Of a stretch of 64,000 bases of DNA, positions 16,926 to 28,400 are shown in pieces. The notes beneath the pieces were generated by a model. That model ran no database searches. It was not told the DNA's origin and was given only the letters and a program-made list of their open reading frames with translations. A program made the translations under genes and the position numbers. Every line of letters begins with the position of its first letter. The first letter of the stretch is position 1. The stretch comes from Bacilli bacterium (GTDB lineage Bacteria > Bacillota_I > Bacilli_A > RF39 > UBA660), in the NCBI GenBank assembly GCA_017541325.1, contig JAFXZI010000012.1:72831-136830 (forward strand), given 5' to 3'.

Positions 16926-16948
16926 AAAATAACCTTAAGGTTATTTTA
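16926..16948. terminator. terminator after the prepilin peptidase gene (palindrome, bidirectional)
   Basis: aaaaaaAATAACCTTAAGGTTATTttatat is an 18-bp palindrome flanked by an A-run and a T-run. It abuts the stop at 16946. A dnaI promoter with a TATAAT -10 lies just downstream on the minus strand. Confidence 0.55.
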
Positions 16949-17707
16949 TATATTTAGTATTGAATGCATATCTATTTTAAATATTATTATTAATAAACAC
17001 GCTATTAAAAGAAATGGTCCATATGGAATTATATTATCTCTACTTTTAATAAATAAAAATAAAGATAAAGGAAATGCTATAAAGCTAGATAAGAATATAC
17101 TAAACAAACTCATCCATGGTCCAACAGCTATTCCTATATAGAACATAAGCTTAATATCTCCTCCACCAAGAGATTCTTTTTTAAGCATTAAATTACCTAA
17201 AAGCATAAGTAAATACATAAGTAGAAAAGCACCTATTCCTGCTGCTAAACTAAATAAGGCATCTTCTACTCCATTAATGGCAAATCTAAGTAGAATTACC
17301 ATTATAGATGCTATTAAAGTAAATTGATCAGGAATAATTAAAAAATTAATATCACTTACTAATACTATAGCAAAAAAAGATGCAGTAATAATTGCAAGTA
17401 CAAAATCAAAACTAAATCCTAAAAACCAATAAGACATGGCAAATAGTATTCCAGTTAATAATTCTGTAATAGTATAAAAAGGTGCAATTTTTTCTTTACA
17501 TGCTCTACATTTACCACCTTGTATTAAATAAGAAAAAACTGGTATTAATTCATACCATTTTAATCTATGTTTACAATGTGGACAAAAGCTTCCTGGTTTA
17601 ACTATAGATAATTTTTTTGGAATACGCCAACCAACTACATTAAAGAAAGATCCAAAAAGCAGTCCAAAGATAAATATAAATATTGTATAAAATACTTTTA
17701 ATTCCAA
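16946..17707 (-). CDS. type IV prepilin peptidase (A24 family, PilD/ComC-like)
   Basis: Polytopic membrane protein. The cytoplasmic tetra-Cys motif CPHC...CRAC and acidic residues typical of A24 peptidases are present. Confidence 0.85.
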   Translation of the reverse strand: MELKVFYTIFIFIFGLLFGSFFNVVGWRIPKKLSIVKPGSFCPHCKHRLKWYELIPVFSYLIQGGKCRACKEKIAPFYTITELLTGILFAMSYWFLGFSFDFVLAIITASFFAIVLVSDINFLIIPDQFTLIASIMVILLRFAINGVEDALFSLAAGIGAFLLMYLLMLLGNLMLKKESLGGGDIKLMFYIGIAVGPWMSLFSIFLSSFIAFPLSLFLFIKSRDNIIPYGPFLLIACLLIIIFKIDMHSILNI

Positions 17708-17718
17708 TTTAATCCCCC

Positions 17719-19137
17719 CTAGATTTGTCCATACATATCAAACATTGGAACCATGATTGAAATTAAGATAAATCCAACAGATACTGCTAGTAAGATAATT
17801 ACCATAGGCTCAAGCAATGATTTTAATGCAGTTGTTGCATTATGTTGTAAGTTTTCAAAGTGCTCAGCAACTTTTTGCATCATTAATGCAAGTTGTCCAG
17901 TTGATTCACCAGTAACAAGCATTTCATAAGCAACTACTGGGAAAGCCCACTCACCTTTAAAAGTCTCACTAAGCTTAGATCCTTTAGATAAACCTATTAA
18001 AGTACGTGAAAGTATTTCTTTATATATTTCATTATTAGTTAAGTTAGATAGAATTTCCATTGAATCTGTAATAAATACACCGTGATTTAATAATGATGAG
18101 AAAGTACGAGTTATAGTTGCAACTTGTCCATATATAACAACATTACCAAATACAGGCATTTTCATAAGAACTATTTGCATTGTACGTCTAAATTCTTTTA
18201 CATTTTTATAAGACCAAATAAAAGTAAATAAGAAAGTACCAACTGCAAGTATCATAGCCCACCAATAAGACTTAATAAAATCACTGGCACCAATTACAAA
18301 TTTAGTAATTGCAGGAAGATCAGCACCTTGGGACTCAAACATTCCAACGAATTGTGGAACGATATAAACTACCATGAATATCAAAACAGCAATAACGACA
18401 ATTAAAATAACCATTGGGTAAATTAAAGCTGAAATTAATTCTTTCTTGGTATTTTCAGTTTTAGTAAAGTAATCTGCCATTTCATCAAGTGTACCAGCAA
18501 GGTCACCAGTCATTTCAGATGTCTTAACCATGTTAATTAAGATACTAGGGAATGCTTTTCCTTGTTTTTCTAAGGCAACAGAAAAAGGTTCACCTAATAC
18601 TAATTCATATATAACTTTATCATATATTCTTTTAAGTTGAGGTTTAGATGTTTGTTTAGCAAGGATTCTCATTGAATCGATAAGAGGAATTCCTGCTTTA
18701 ATATAAGTACCTAATTGTACAAGCGCAAATGATAAATCACCTGTACCAATCTTACCACTACCAATATTTATATCAAAATCATATTTATCACGTTTTTTAA
18801 TTTCTAATATTTCATAACCTTCATTAGATAGGAAAACTCTAACTGCTTGTTCGTCTTTACCATCAAAGATTCCTTTTACAATAGCCCCTTGATCAGTACG
18901 AACAACATATCTATATGAATTTAATTTTACATTATAATCTTCTTCTTTTTTCTCTTCTACATTCTTGAACTCATTACTTTGTTGTTTTACTCTTTCAAGT
19001 TCTTGAACAAGTTCTTCACCATATAATTTATTAGGATCTATTTCTTGTTCATTTTTGAAGATTAAACCTTTTAAATATACAATTCCTTGACCAGCACGTC
19101 TAAGGATAAGTCCAGGAAACTTTAATATATTTTTCAT
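17719..19137 (-). CDS. type II secretion/type IV pilus platform protein (GspF/PilC/ComGB family)
   Basis: Two GspF-like repeats with three TM segments. Start corrected to MKNILKF (AGGGGAAGA RBS). It precedes the prepilin peptidase by 11 nt. Confidence 0.8.
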   Translation of the reverse strand: MKNILKFPGLILRRAGQGIVYLKGLIFKNEQEIDPNKLYGEELVQELERVKQQSNEFKNVEEKKEEDYNVKLNSYRYVVRTDQGAIVKGIFDGKDEQAVRVFLSNEGYEILEIKKRDKYDFDINIGSGKIGTGDLSFALVQLGTYIKAGIPLIDSMRILAKQTSKPQLKRIYDKVIYELVLGEPFSVALEKQGKAFPSILINMVKTSEMTGDLAGTLDEMADYFTKTENTKKELISALIYPMVILIVVIAVLIFMVVYIVPQFVGMFESQGADLPAITKFVIGASDFIKSYWWAMILAVGTFLFTFIWSYKNVKEFRRTMQIVLMKMPVFGNVVIYGQVATITRTFSSLLNHGVFITDSMEILSNLTNNEIYKEILSRTLIGLSKGSKLSETFKGEWAFPVVAYEMLVTGESTGQLALMMQKVAEHFENLQHNATTALKSLLEPMVIILLAVSVGFILISIMVPMFDMYGQI

Positions 19138-19222
19138 AAGATCTTCCCCTATCATCATTCTAATAAAAATTATAACATAGATTTTTAAAAGAAAAAAGAT
19201 AGAAATATATATTTCTATCTTT

Positions 19223-20860
19223 TTAATCTTTACTCTTTTTTAATACTTCTATGATAGATGAAATCATTTGTTTTTTACGAGAAACTATATCTTCTAAGAA
19301 AATACCTTCATAAGCATCTACATCAAATGCTTCACTAATAATATCACAAGAATTTGTATTAAATATTACATAAGAACCATTTCTAATAATATCAGTAACA
19401 AATAAACAAGCGATTCCATATCCTTCAGCGTTTTCCATTTTATTAAGTTCAGATACATATTTATCTATATCACGAGATACTTCATCATAATTAGTAGTAA
19501 ATATTTGACCAATACCAATGTTGATATTTTCTGAATTAAACTTCTTGAAGTCTTGATAAATTATTTCATCTGCATCTTTTCCTTCAAGAGATGAACCAAC
19601 TTTAAACATTTCAAGTCCATAATTATAGTAATCAATACCAAGTCTTTTTGATAAAGATGAAACGGCTTCTACATCAAGAGATGTAGTAGTAGGACTCTTT
19701 AATAGTAGTGTATCTGATAATATTGCAGATAATAGTAATCCTGCTATTTTATCATCGAATTCTACAAATCTTTCTTTATATAAATTATAAATGATTGTAC
19801 AAGTAGATCCAACCGACATATTTCTAAAGTTTATAGGAGAATTAGTTGCAATAGTACCCAATTTATGGTGATCTATTATTTCTACTATTTGAGCTTCTTC
19901 TATACCTTCAGCAGATTGTTCTTTTTCGTTATGATCAACTAAAACAACTTTCTTTTTAGATAATTCTTCTGCTCTAGTATATTCAATTAATCCAAGACAT
20001 TCTCCTTTATTATTTACAACTGGATAATTAGTATGTTTCTCTCTTTTAGCAATAATATGAAAGTCTGTTAAATAATCACTATCTTTAAATGTTACAGGAT
20101 TAGATAATTCATTAATTATTTCTACATAATTTGCTAAAACTAATAAATTACTAACTTCAAAACTACCAAAACTAGTTGCAATAATATTTACTTTATTTTT
20201 TCTAGCTATTTCTAAATGTTCTTCTTTAATTTGACTATCTCCAACTAATATTATTAGTTTAACTCCAGATTCAACTGCATACTCTAAAATACTATGTCTA
20301 TCCCCTATTACTAAAATATCATCAGATTTTAAAGATACATCATTAAGAAATGTTGTACTTCTATATGTAGCAGTAATTACATTTCCTTCTATTTCTTGAT
20401 CAAACTTTAATATTTCTTTTCCATTTACCGTATCTAGAACGTTATCATAAGATGTTATTAAATGTTTTCTTTCACTTTCAATCATTTCACGAGCAATACC
20501 TTTTAACGTAACTAAACCTAATAATTTGTTTTTATTAGATTTATCTACTAATGGAATTCCTGATGCTGATAAATTACTCATTAAATCATAAGCATTTTTA
20601 ATTGATTCATGTTTATCTACAAAAAATCTTTTATGATATGATAAATCTCTAATTTGAACTTTAACATCATTTAAGTATCTAGGTGCTTCAACTCCAAATC
20701 TATCTAATACATATTTAGTTTCATTATTAATAGCACTTAAAGCACATGGAATAGCTTTAATATTCTTTTTTGTACTATTTAAAAAATTAGCCATAGCAAT
20801 CGCAGCACATATAGAATCAGTATCTGGTTTTCTATGTCCAAAAACATAAATATTTTCCAT
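19223..20860 (-). CDS. CBS-domain-containing family II (DHH/DHHA2, Mn-dependent) inorganic pyrophosphatase
   Basis: The N-terminus has the DHH motif FGHRKPDTDS. An internal CBS pair is present, and the C-terminus carries DHHA2 (DHNE...GxGxxF...). Start corrected to MENIYVFGH (AAGGGGTG RBS). Confidence 0.8.
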   Translation of the reverse strand: MENIYVFGHRKPDTDSICAAIAMANFLNSTKKNIKAIPCALSAINNETKYVLDRFGVEAPRYLNDVKVQIRDLSYHKRFFVDKHESIKNAYDLMSNLSASGIPLVDKSNKNKLLGLVTLKGIAREMIESERKHLITSYDNVLDTVNGKEILKFDQEIEGNVITATYRSTTFLNDVSLKSDDILVIGDRHSILEYAVESGVKLIILVGDSQIKEEHLEIARKNKVNIIATSFGSFEVSNLLVLANYVEIINELSNPVTFKDSDYLTDFHIIAKREKHTNYPVVNNKGECLGLIEYTRAEELSKKKVVLVDHNEKEQSAEGIEEAQIVEIIDHHKLGTIATNSPINFRNMSVGSTCTIIYNLYKERFVEFDDKIAGLLLSAILSDTLLLKSPTTTSLDVEAVSSLSKRLGIDYYNYGLEMFKVGSSLEGKDADEIIYQDFKKFNSENINIGIGQIFTTNYDEVSRDIDKYVSELNKMENAEGYGIACLFVTDIIRNGSYVIFNTNSCDIISEAFDVDAYEGIFLEDIVSRKKQMISSIIEVLKKSKD

Positions 20861-20968
20861 GAACATTCACCCCTTCGTTTAGCACATTATATCATAACAT
20901 TTAAAAAAAAGGAATTACTTCCTTCTATATCTAGTAACTAATAAAATAAAGAATAAGAAAATTCATTC

Positions 20969-23488
20969 TTATTCTTTTATGTCAATAAAATCATCTATTG
21001 TCATTAATCTTTCATCTATTTCTTTTAAAGATACTTTTTTTGGTTCAACTATTTCTTCTACTTCATCTACTTCTTTTTTTTCAGTTTTTTCAGTTTTTAA
21101 TTCTTGATTAATAAATGTATCTATAACTGTACCTTTTACTATAGATGATCCAGTAGAATATCTGTCCATTATAGGTAGTTCTGTTACTTTAATTAGTTCA
21201 ATAGTATCAGTCTTAATTCCTAAATGAGTTTTATTATCTACTACATAAGCACCAACTACTCGATATGGATTAGATTTAACTTCACGTAGAAGTAATAATC
21301 CACGTTTAGCACGACTAGTTTTATCAAATTCAGATAATTTAACACGTTTTCCTGTACCTTTATTAGTTATAACTGCTAAATATTCATCATTTATATCAAA
21401 ATTAGAAACATTTAAGACAACATCATCTTTTAAATTAATTGATTTAACTCCGGATGTTTTTAATCCAACTACTGGAACTTCAGATACATCATACCAAAGT
21501 CCATATGATTTTTTAGTAGAGATAAATATCTCTTTACTAGTTACAAGACTAACTGTAAGTAATTTATCTTTATCTTTAAGTTTCATACAAACAATTGGTT
21601 TTAAAGTTTTACTTGTTTTAAAATCACTTAATTTAACTCTCTTAATCATACCTAACTTAGTAGATAGAAGTAATTCTCTATCATCAAATTCAGTTACAGG
21701 AAGACAACCAATTATTTCTTCTCCACTATCTAGTTTAATAACATTACTTAAATGTTTACCTAAGTCTTTCCATGCACATGTAGGTATTGTATGAACTGGT
21801 ACAAAGTAATAATTACCTAAATCTGTAAATATTAAAATTGTATCAAGTGTATTAAGTTCAAATAAACCTAAAACATAGTCTCCTTCTTTCATAGTAGATT
21901 CACCATTAGATGCTTGATAACTTCTCTTTGATGAACATTTAATATATCCATCACGAGAAACAGATACAACAACATCTTCTTTTTGAATCATATCAGTATT
22001 ATCTATTTTTATAGTTGTTATTTCAGAAACTATATCAGTCTTACGTGGAGTACTATACTCTTTTTTAATACGTCTTAATTCATCTTTCATAACTCCCTTT
22101 AAGACATCTTCATCTGCAAGTATTCTCTCAAGTCCTTTAATCATTATTTCTAGATTTCTCATTTCTTCTTCAAGTAAGGTTACATCAGTATTAGTTAATT
22201 TATAAAGTTGTAAAGTAATAATTGCTTCACTTTGTTCAGGAGTAAAGTCAAATTCTTTAATTAAGTTTTCTTTAGCATCTGCTCTATTTTTACTAGCACG
22301 AATTACACGAATAACTTCATCTAGAATTGATAAACATTTAATTAATCCTTCAACGATATGATATCTTGCTTTAGCATGTTCTAGATCAAATTTAGTACGT
22401 CTTATAATTACATCTTTTAAGTGTTCAACATAAGCATCAATTATTTCTATTATTCCAAGTAGTTTTGGACAGCGATTAACAATTGCTACCATGTTAAAAC
22501 TATAATTAATTTGAAGTTCAGTATTTTTTAAAAGATAATTTAGTATAAGTTCACGATTAGCATCTTTTCTACAATCAATTGCAATTCTTAAACCATCTTT
22601 ATCAGATTCATCTCTTACTTCTACCATTCCATCTATTTTTTTATCAATTCTTATTTCATCTATTTTACGAACTAATTGAGCTTTATTAACTTCATATGGA
22701 ATTTCTGTAATAGCAAGAGTAAGTTTACCTTTAACATCTTCCCATTTGGTACGAGATTTAACTACAATTCTACCTTTTCCTGTTTCATATGCTTTTCTAA
22801 TCTCATCGATTCCTTCTACTATTCCTCCAGTTGGAAAATCTGGTCCCTTAACAATATCCATAATTGTATCAAGGCGACAATTTGGAGAATCAATTCTTTT
22901 TATAGTAGCATCGATTACCTCAGCTAAATTATGTGGTGGAATATTTGTTGCATATCCAGCACTTATTCCCATAGTACCATTTACAAGTAAGTTAGGAAAT
23001 TTAGCAGGAAGAACAGTTGGCTCAAGTTCAGTATCATCGAAGTTAGGTGCCATAACTACTGTGTCACGATCTAAATCTTTTAAAAGTTCATTAGAAATTT
23101 TAGCAAGACGCGCTTCAGTATAACGCATAGCAGCAGGAGGATCTCCATCCATTGATCCATTATTACCATGCATATCTATATATGTTGTATTTTGTTTCCA
23201 CCACTGACTCATTCTTACCATTGCTTCATAAATTGAAGAGTCTCCATGTGGATGGTAATTACCCATTACATTACCAACAGTTTTAGCACTTTTACGATAT
23301 GGATGATCGTATGTGTTACGATCTTTATACATACCATATAAAATACGTCTTTGAACTGGTTTTAATCCATCTCTAACATCGGGAATTGCACGATCTTGAA
23401 TTATATATTTAGCATATCTTCCAAATCTTTCTCCCATTATTTCTTCAAGAGAATAATCATAAATTTTATCAAGTATAGCTTCACTCAT
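20969..23488 (-). CDS. parC: DNA topoisomerase IV subunit A
   Basis: The N-terminus FGRYAKYIIQDRAIPDVRDGLKPVQRRILYGM...GNYHPHGDSSIYEAMVRMSQ is ParC-like (GyrA would read KPVHRR). I found no GyrA-box. It lies directly downstream of the subunit B gene. Confidence 0.85.
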   Translation of the reverse strand: MSEAILDKIYDYSLEEIMGERFGRYAKYIIQDRAIPDVRDGLKPVQRRILYGMYKDRNTYDHPYRKSAKTVGNVMGNYHPHGDSSIYEAMVRMSQWWKQNTTYIDMHGNNGSMDGDPPAAMRYTEARLAKISNELLKDLDRDTVVMAPNFDDTELEPTVLPAKFPNLLVNGTMGISAGYATNIPPHNLAEVIDATIKRIDSPNCRLDTIMDIVKGPDFPTGGIVEGIDEIRKAYETGKGRIVVKSRTKWEDVKGKLTLAITEIPYEVNKAQLVRKIDEIRIDKKIDGMVEVRDESDKDGLRIAIDCRKDANRELILNYLLKNTELQINYSFNMVAIVNRCPKLLGIIEIIDAYVEHLKDVIIRRTKFDLEHAKARYHIVEGLIKCLSILDEVIRVIRASKNRADAKENLIKEFDFTPEQSEAIITLQLYKLTNTDVTLLEEEMRNLEIMIKGLERILADEDVLKGVMKDELRRIKKEYSTPRKTDIVSEITTIKIDNTDMIQKEDVVVSVSRDGYIKCSSKRSYQASNGESTMKEGDYVLGLFELNTLDTILIFTDLGNYYFVPVHTIPTCAWKDLGKHLSNVIKLDSGEEIIGCLPVTEFDDRELLLSTKLGMIKRVKLSDFKTSKTLKPIVCMKLKDKDKLLTVSLVTSKEIFISTKKSYGLWYDVSEVPVVGLKTSGVKSINLKDDVVLNVSNFDINDEYLAVITNKGTGKRVKLSEFDKTSRAKRGLLLLREVKSNPYRVVGAYVVDNKTHLGIKTDTIELIKVTELPIMDRYSTGSSIVKGTVIDTFINQELKTEKTEKKEVDEVEEIVEPKKVSLKEIDERLMTIDDFIDIKE

Positions 23489-23490
23489 AA

Positions 23491-25395
23491 TTATCCCCCT
23501 ATCTCATAATCATCTTCTAAAGAGAAGATTACATTTTTTTCTATCCAGTCTTTTCTTGGCTCAACTGCATCTCCCATAAGTACACTTACACGACGTTCAA
23601 CAAGTGCTGCATCTTCTATAGTTACTCTAATTAAAGTACGCGTTTCAGGATTCATTGTTGTTTCAGCAAGTTGTTCTGCATTCATTTCACCAAGTCCTTT
23701 ATATCTTTGAATTTCACATTTCTTATCTTTAGTTATCTCTTTCATTTCTTCTATACTATATGCGTAATTTGTACTTTTACCACTTGTAATCTTAAACAAA
23801 GGAGGAAGAGCAATATATACTTTTCCTGCTTCAATTAGTGGTTTCATATAACGATAGAAAAATGTTAAAAGTAGACATTGAATATGGGCACCATCATCAT
23901 CGGCATCGGTCATGATAATTACTTTATCATATTCACAATCATCAAGTTCAAAATTAGAACCATAATCAGCACCAATTGTATAAATCATTGTATTAATTTC
24001 TTCATTTTTTAACATATCATCAATTGATGTTTTTTCAGCATTAAGTACCTTTCCACGAAGAGGAAGTATTGCTTGGAATTTTCTATCTCTTCCTTGTTTA
24101 GCAGAACCTCCGGCAGAATCTCCCTCAACTAAAAATAATTCATTCTTATTTTTATTACGAGTTTGAGCAGGAGCAAGTTTACCAGAAAGGTTCCTCTCTT
24201 GTTTTTTAGTCTTACCTTTTCTTGCATCATCTCTTGCTTTTCTAGCTGCTTCTCTTGCTGTTTTACTACGTAGAGCTTTTTCAATTATGTCAGTTGCAAT
24301 CTTTTTATTTTCTTCAAGGAAGAAACTTAATTTTTCAGATACAAGCGACTCTACTGCAACACGTGCAACTGGAGTACCAAGTTTACCTTTAGTTTGTCCT
24401 TCAAACTCTAGTAATGCTTCAGGAATTTTAAGAGATATTATAGCAGTTAATCCTTCTCTTACATCACTACCTTCAAAAGTTTTATCTTTTCCTTTAATAT
24501 AACCATTAGTTTTTGCATAATCATTAAATACTTTGGTAATAGCTGTTTTAAATCCTACTTCGTGTGAACCACCATCTACAGTTTTAACGTTATTTACAAA
24601 AGACACTATGTTTTCATTATATGTATCTGTATATTGAAGAGCTACCTCTACATCGATATCATTTTTAACTCCTTCAAATATAACTGCATCATGAATAGCA
24701 TTTTTATCTTCATTTAAATATTTAACAAATTCAAGTATTCCTTTTTCATAACAGTATTTTTCACTTCTTCCTGTTGCTTCTTCTACTACTTCTATAGTTA
24801 ATCCTTTTATTAAGAATGCTGACTCTTGCATTCTTTCACAAATAGTTGAATAATTAAAACTTGTTGTTGAAAATATTTCTTCATCTGGTAAAAAAGTTAC
24901 TTTAGTACCACTTACTTTTCTAGATGGTCCTATCTTCTTTAGTGGACTTTTTACTTTACCACCATTTTCAAAAGATATTTCATACTCTACTTTTTCACGA
25001 CAAATATTAACGGTCATCCATTTACTTAAAGCATTAACTACACTCGCACCAACTCCATGAAGTCCACCACTTACTTTATATCCTGATTCTTCAAATTTAC
25101 CACCAGCATGTAAAATAGTATAAATTACTTCTGGAGTACTTCTACCAGACTCATGCATATCAACTGGAACTCCACGACCAAAATCCTCAACAGTAATACT
25201 TTTATCACTATTAAGGGTAATTTTTATATAATCTCCATATCCATTTATCGCTTCATCAATTGAGTTATCTACTATTTCCCAAACTAAATGATGAAGACCA
25301 CGTCTATCGGTAGAACCTATATACATTCCAGGACGTTTTCTAACTGCTTCAAGTCCTTCAAGGATCTTAATAGATGTTCCATCATATTTTGCCAT
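23491..25395 (-). CDS. parE: DNA topoisomerase IV subunit B
   Basis: GHKL ATPase N-terminus (GLHHLVWEIVDNSIDE), a Toprim EGDSAGG motif and a PLRGKVLN motif. At 634 aa it is adjacent to parC. Confidence 0.85.
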   Translation of the reverse strand: MAKYDGTSIKILEGLEAVRKRPGMYIGSTDRRGLHHLVWEIVDNSIDEAINGYGDYIKITLNSDKSITVEDFGRGVPVDMHESGRSTPEVIYTILHAGGKFEESGYKVSGGLHGVGASVVNALSKWMTVNICREKVEYEISFENGGKVKSPLKKIGPSRKVSGTKVTFLPDEEIFSTTSFNYSTICERMQESAFLIKGLTIEVVEEATGRSEKYCYEKGILEFVKYLNEDKNAIHDAVIFEGVKNDIDVEVALQYTDTYNENIVSFVNNVKTVDGGSHEVGFKTAITKVFNDYAKTNGYIKGKDKTFEGSDVREGLTAIISLKIPEALLEFEGQTKGKLGTPVARVAVESLVSEKLSFFLEENKKIATDIIEKALRSKTAREAARKARDDARKGKTKKQERNLSGKLAPAQTRNKNKNELFLVEGDSAGGSAKQGRDRKFQAILPLRGKVLNAEKTSIDDMLKNEEINTMIYTIGADYGSNFELDDCEYDKVIIMTDADDDGAHIQCLLLTFFYRYMKPLIEAGKVYIALPPLFKITSGKSTNYAYSIEEMKEITKDKKCEIQRYKGLGEMNAEQLAETTMNPETRTLIRVTIEDAALVERRVSVLMGDAVEPRKDWIEKNVIFSLEDDYEIGG

Positions 25396-25467
25396 ATAAC
25401 CATCTCCTACATCATTATATCAAAGAATAAACCGAAAAATAAAGGAAATAGACATTTCTTGACTTGT

Positions 25468-28400
25468 CTATCCCTTTAATTCTTCCAATTTTTTATCTAA
25501 TACTGAATACAAATATATATGAGTATCTTTACCTAATTTATGTTCAATATATTCTTTATATCCATTTAATTGTTTTAAGTAATTATCATCATCTATATTC
25601 TTTAATTTATAATCTATAATCATTACTTTATCTTTATATACAAGAAGTAAATCTATTATACCATGTAATTCTATATTATCTTTTTCATAAATAAATTCGT
25701 ACTCTTTATATATATCACAAGTATTAAAATCAATTCCACTTTCTACAAAAGATTTAATATAATCTACATATTCTTCATCTATATATGAATAATCTGGATT
25801 TTTAAAATCAAACAATTCAAATAAGTAATGAATATAAGTACCAAATTGCATTTTAACAAAAACGTCTTCATCAAGCACTTCATGACTTCCTTTAGAAAAG
25901 TGTTTATTACTAATAAAATTATTATCTATATTAATTTCAATATTTTCTATTACTTCATCAGACTTCTTTATCAATTTTTTAAAGTCAACTTTTTTAATTA
26001 AATTGTAATCTCTACTTATACCTAAGCTCTCTATATCAATATCTTTTATATAAGGACTAACAGTATAATAAATACTCTTTAATATTGAATTGAATGAACT
26101 ATATTTTATTCTTATATCATCTGGTACTAACTCATTAAATGATTCATTTTCTTCTATTGAAGTTACTAAAATCATCTTTTCTTTAGCACGTGTTAAAGCT
26201 ACATAAAATAATCTAATTTTTTCACTTATTTCATCAATTAAGAAATCATCTTTATATAAAGTCTTATATATAGTTGTACCTATTCCATCTTTATAATATG
26301 GAAGAATCATTCCATATTTATTACTAAATATAAATCTAGAATTTAAATCTTTCATATTAAACTTTCCATAGAAGCCACTAAAGTAACAGATATTAAATTC
26401 AAGTCCTTTAGATTTATGAATAGACATAATTTTAACACTATCTTCTCTACTATCATTAAAGTTACATTCTAAAGACATATTATCTCCATTCAAATTATCT
26501 AGGAAGTCTCTAAATTCTTCTAAAGTACATCCAAGCACTTCATATTGTTTACTTAGTTTTAGAACAGATTCAAGTCTAATATCTAATTTATATGTATCTC
26601 CAACAGTAATACTTTTTTCATAGAAATTAAATGAATCAATTATTAATTCAATTATTTTAGAAATAGATAATACTTCAATATCAGTACATAAATATTCTAT
26701 TTGTTTATATAATTCTGATTCTTTATAATTATCTTTTACAAAATATTCAAATATTTCTTCGTCATCTAATCTATATAAATAACTTCTTAGAATTGAAATA
26801 AAAGCATATTTAAATTCAATATCTATTTTTCCTTTAATTACTGAAATCATTAAAGTAATAATATTTTTAATTATATTTATTTCATTATCTTGAGTAATAT
26901 CTGTACTAGTATATTTTTCAATTGGTATATTTAAATATTCAAATATTTTTTTATAAAGATCAAAGTCTTTAGTACGATGAATCAATATACAAAAATCACT
27001 ATATTTAGCATCATGAATTAATCCTGTATCTTTATCAAATATAGGATATTTATTTTTAACTTTAGTCTCTATATCACGAGCAATAGTAAATATTTCAATT
27101 TCTTCTTTAGTAAATCCACACTCTTTATCATAAATATAATTTAATATATCCATGTTATAGTCTTCATTTGTTTTTCCTGCTTCATTATAAGAAGTATTTC
27201 CAAATATCATTTGATGAGATTCTTTGTATTCAGCTCCACCTATATTATTATCCATTACTGGATTAAATATTAGATTGATATTATCAAGAACTTCACTACG
27301 ACTACGGAAATTCTTTAAAAGATCTATCTTATATCCATTGTCATTATTAGAATATTTATCATATTTATTTTTAAAGATATTAGGGTTAGCATTACGGAAA
27401 CGATATATTGCTTGTTTAATATCTCCAACCATATATACATTATTATTCTCTATTAAATTAATAAATATTTCTTGTAGATCAGATGTATCTTGATACTCAT
27501 CTATCATTATTTCTTTAAATCCATATTTGAGAGTATCTCTAACATCAGGATTATCTTTTACTACTTTAATAGCTAGTTTAGCAATATCAATAAATTCAAA
27601 TGTATTATTATATTTTTTATAATCCCAAATCATTGAATCAAGTTCTCTTATTATATCAATAAAAACAATTGCATAACTTTTAGTACTTAAAATAGTACTC
27701 TTTATTTCTTCTTCACTATTAAATGAAATATATTTAATTAAATCTGCTTTTTGAGTTGTAATAGATTCTTTTAAAGTTTTTAATTCTTCAGAACTATTTC
27801 TTGGAAGATTTGGAATTTTTTCTTTAAGAGCAGTTAACTTTTCTTCTAAAGTTTTTGCTCTAGAATATTTATTTATAACTATTTCTAAATCTTCATAAAA
27901 TTTATTTTCTGCAAGAGATAATAATTCTTGTAAATCATTAAATAAATGATTAAATTTACTATTTACTTTATCTAAATACTCGTTAATTCTACTATTAATA
28001 TAGTTATCATTATAATAAGTATCTATATAATTATTTAAGTATTCCTCTTTTTCTGGAAGTAAATCCATTTTACTAGATAGATTTAAAATAGCATCTTTTA
28101 TTTCTACATCATCTTTAACACAAAAATCAGATATTAATTTTAAAAAGTCTTCTGTAGGATTTTCATAATATTTATCAAAAATAATATCTAAGTATTCTCT
28201 TCTTTTATTATCAATAATATTTTTATCAGCTACTGTTAGATTCTTATCTACATCTAGTAAATAATAATACTTTTTTACCATAGAAAGACTAAAACTATCA
28301 AAAGTAGTTACATATGATGCATCTATTAAATCGAGTTGATTAGAAAGAGCAGGTTCGCTTTTAATTTTCTTTCTAATTCTTTCTTTCATTTCAAAAGCTG

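Noticed and set aside
20969-25395. DNA gyrase (gyrB-gyrA) assignment for the topoisomerase II pair
   Set aside because: The A subunit has KPVQRR and the FGRY(A/S)KYIIQDRA N-terminus typical of ParC, and I found no GyrA-box in the C-terminal domain. I therefore call it topoisomerase IV (parE-parC).
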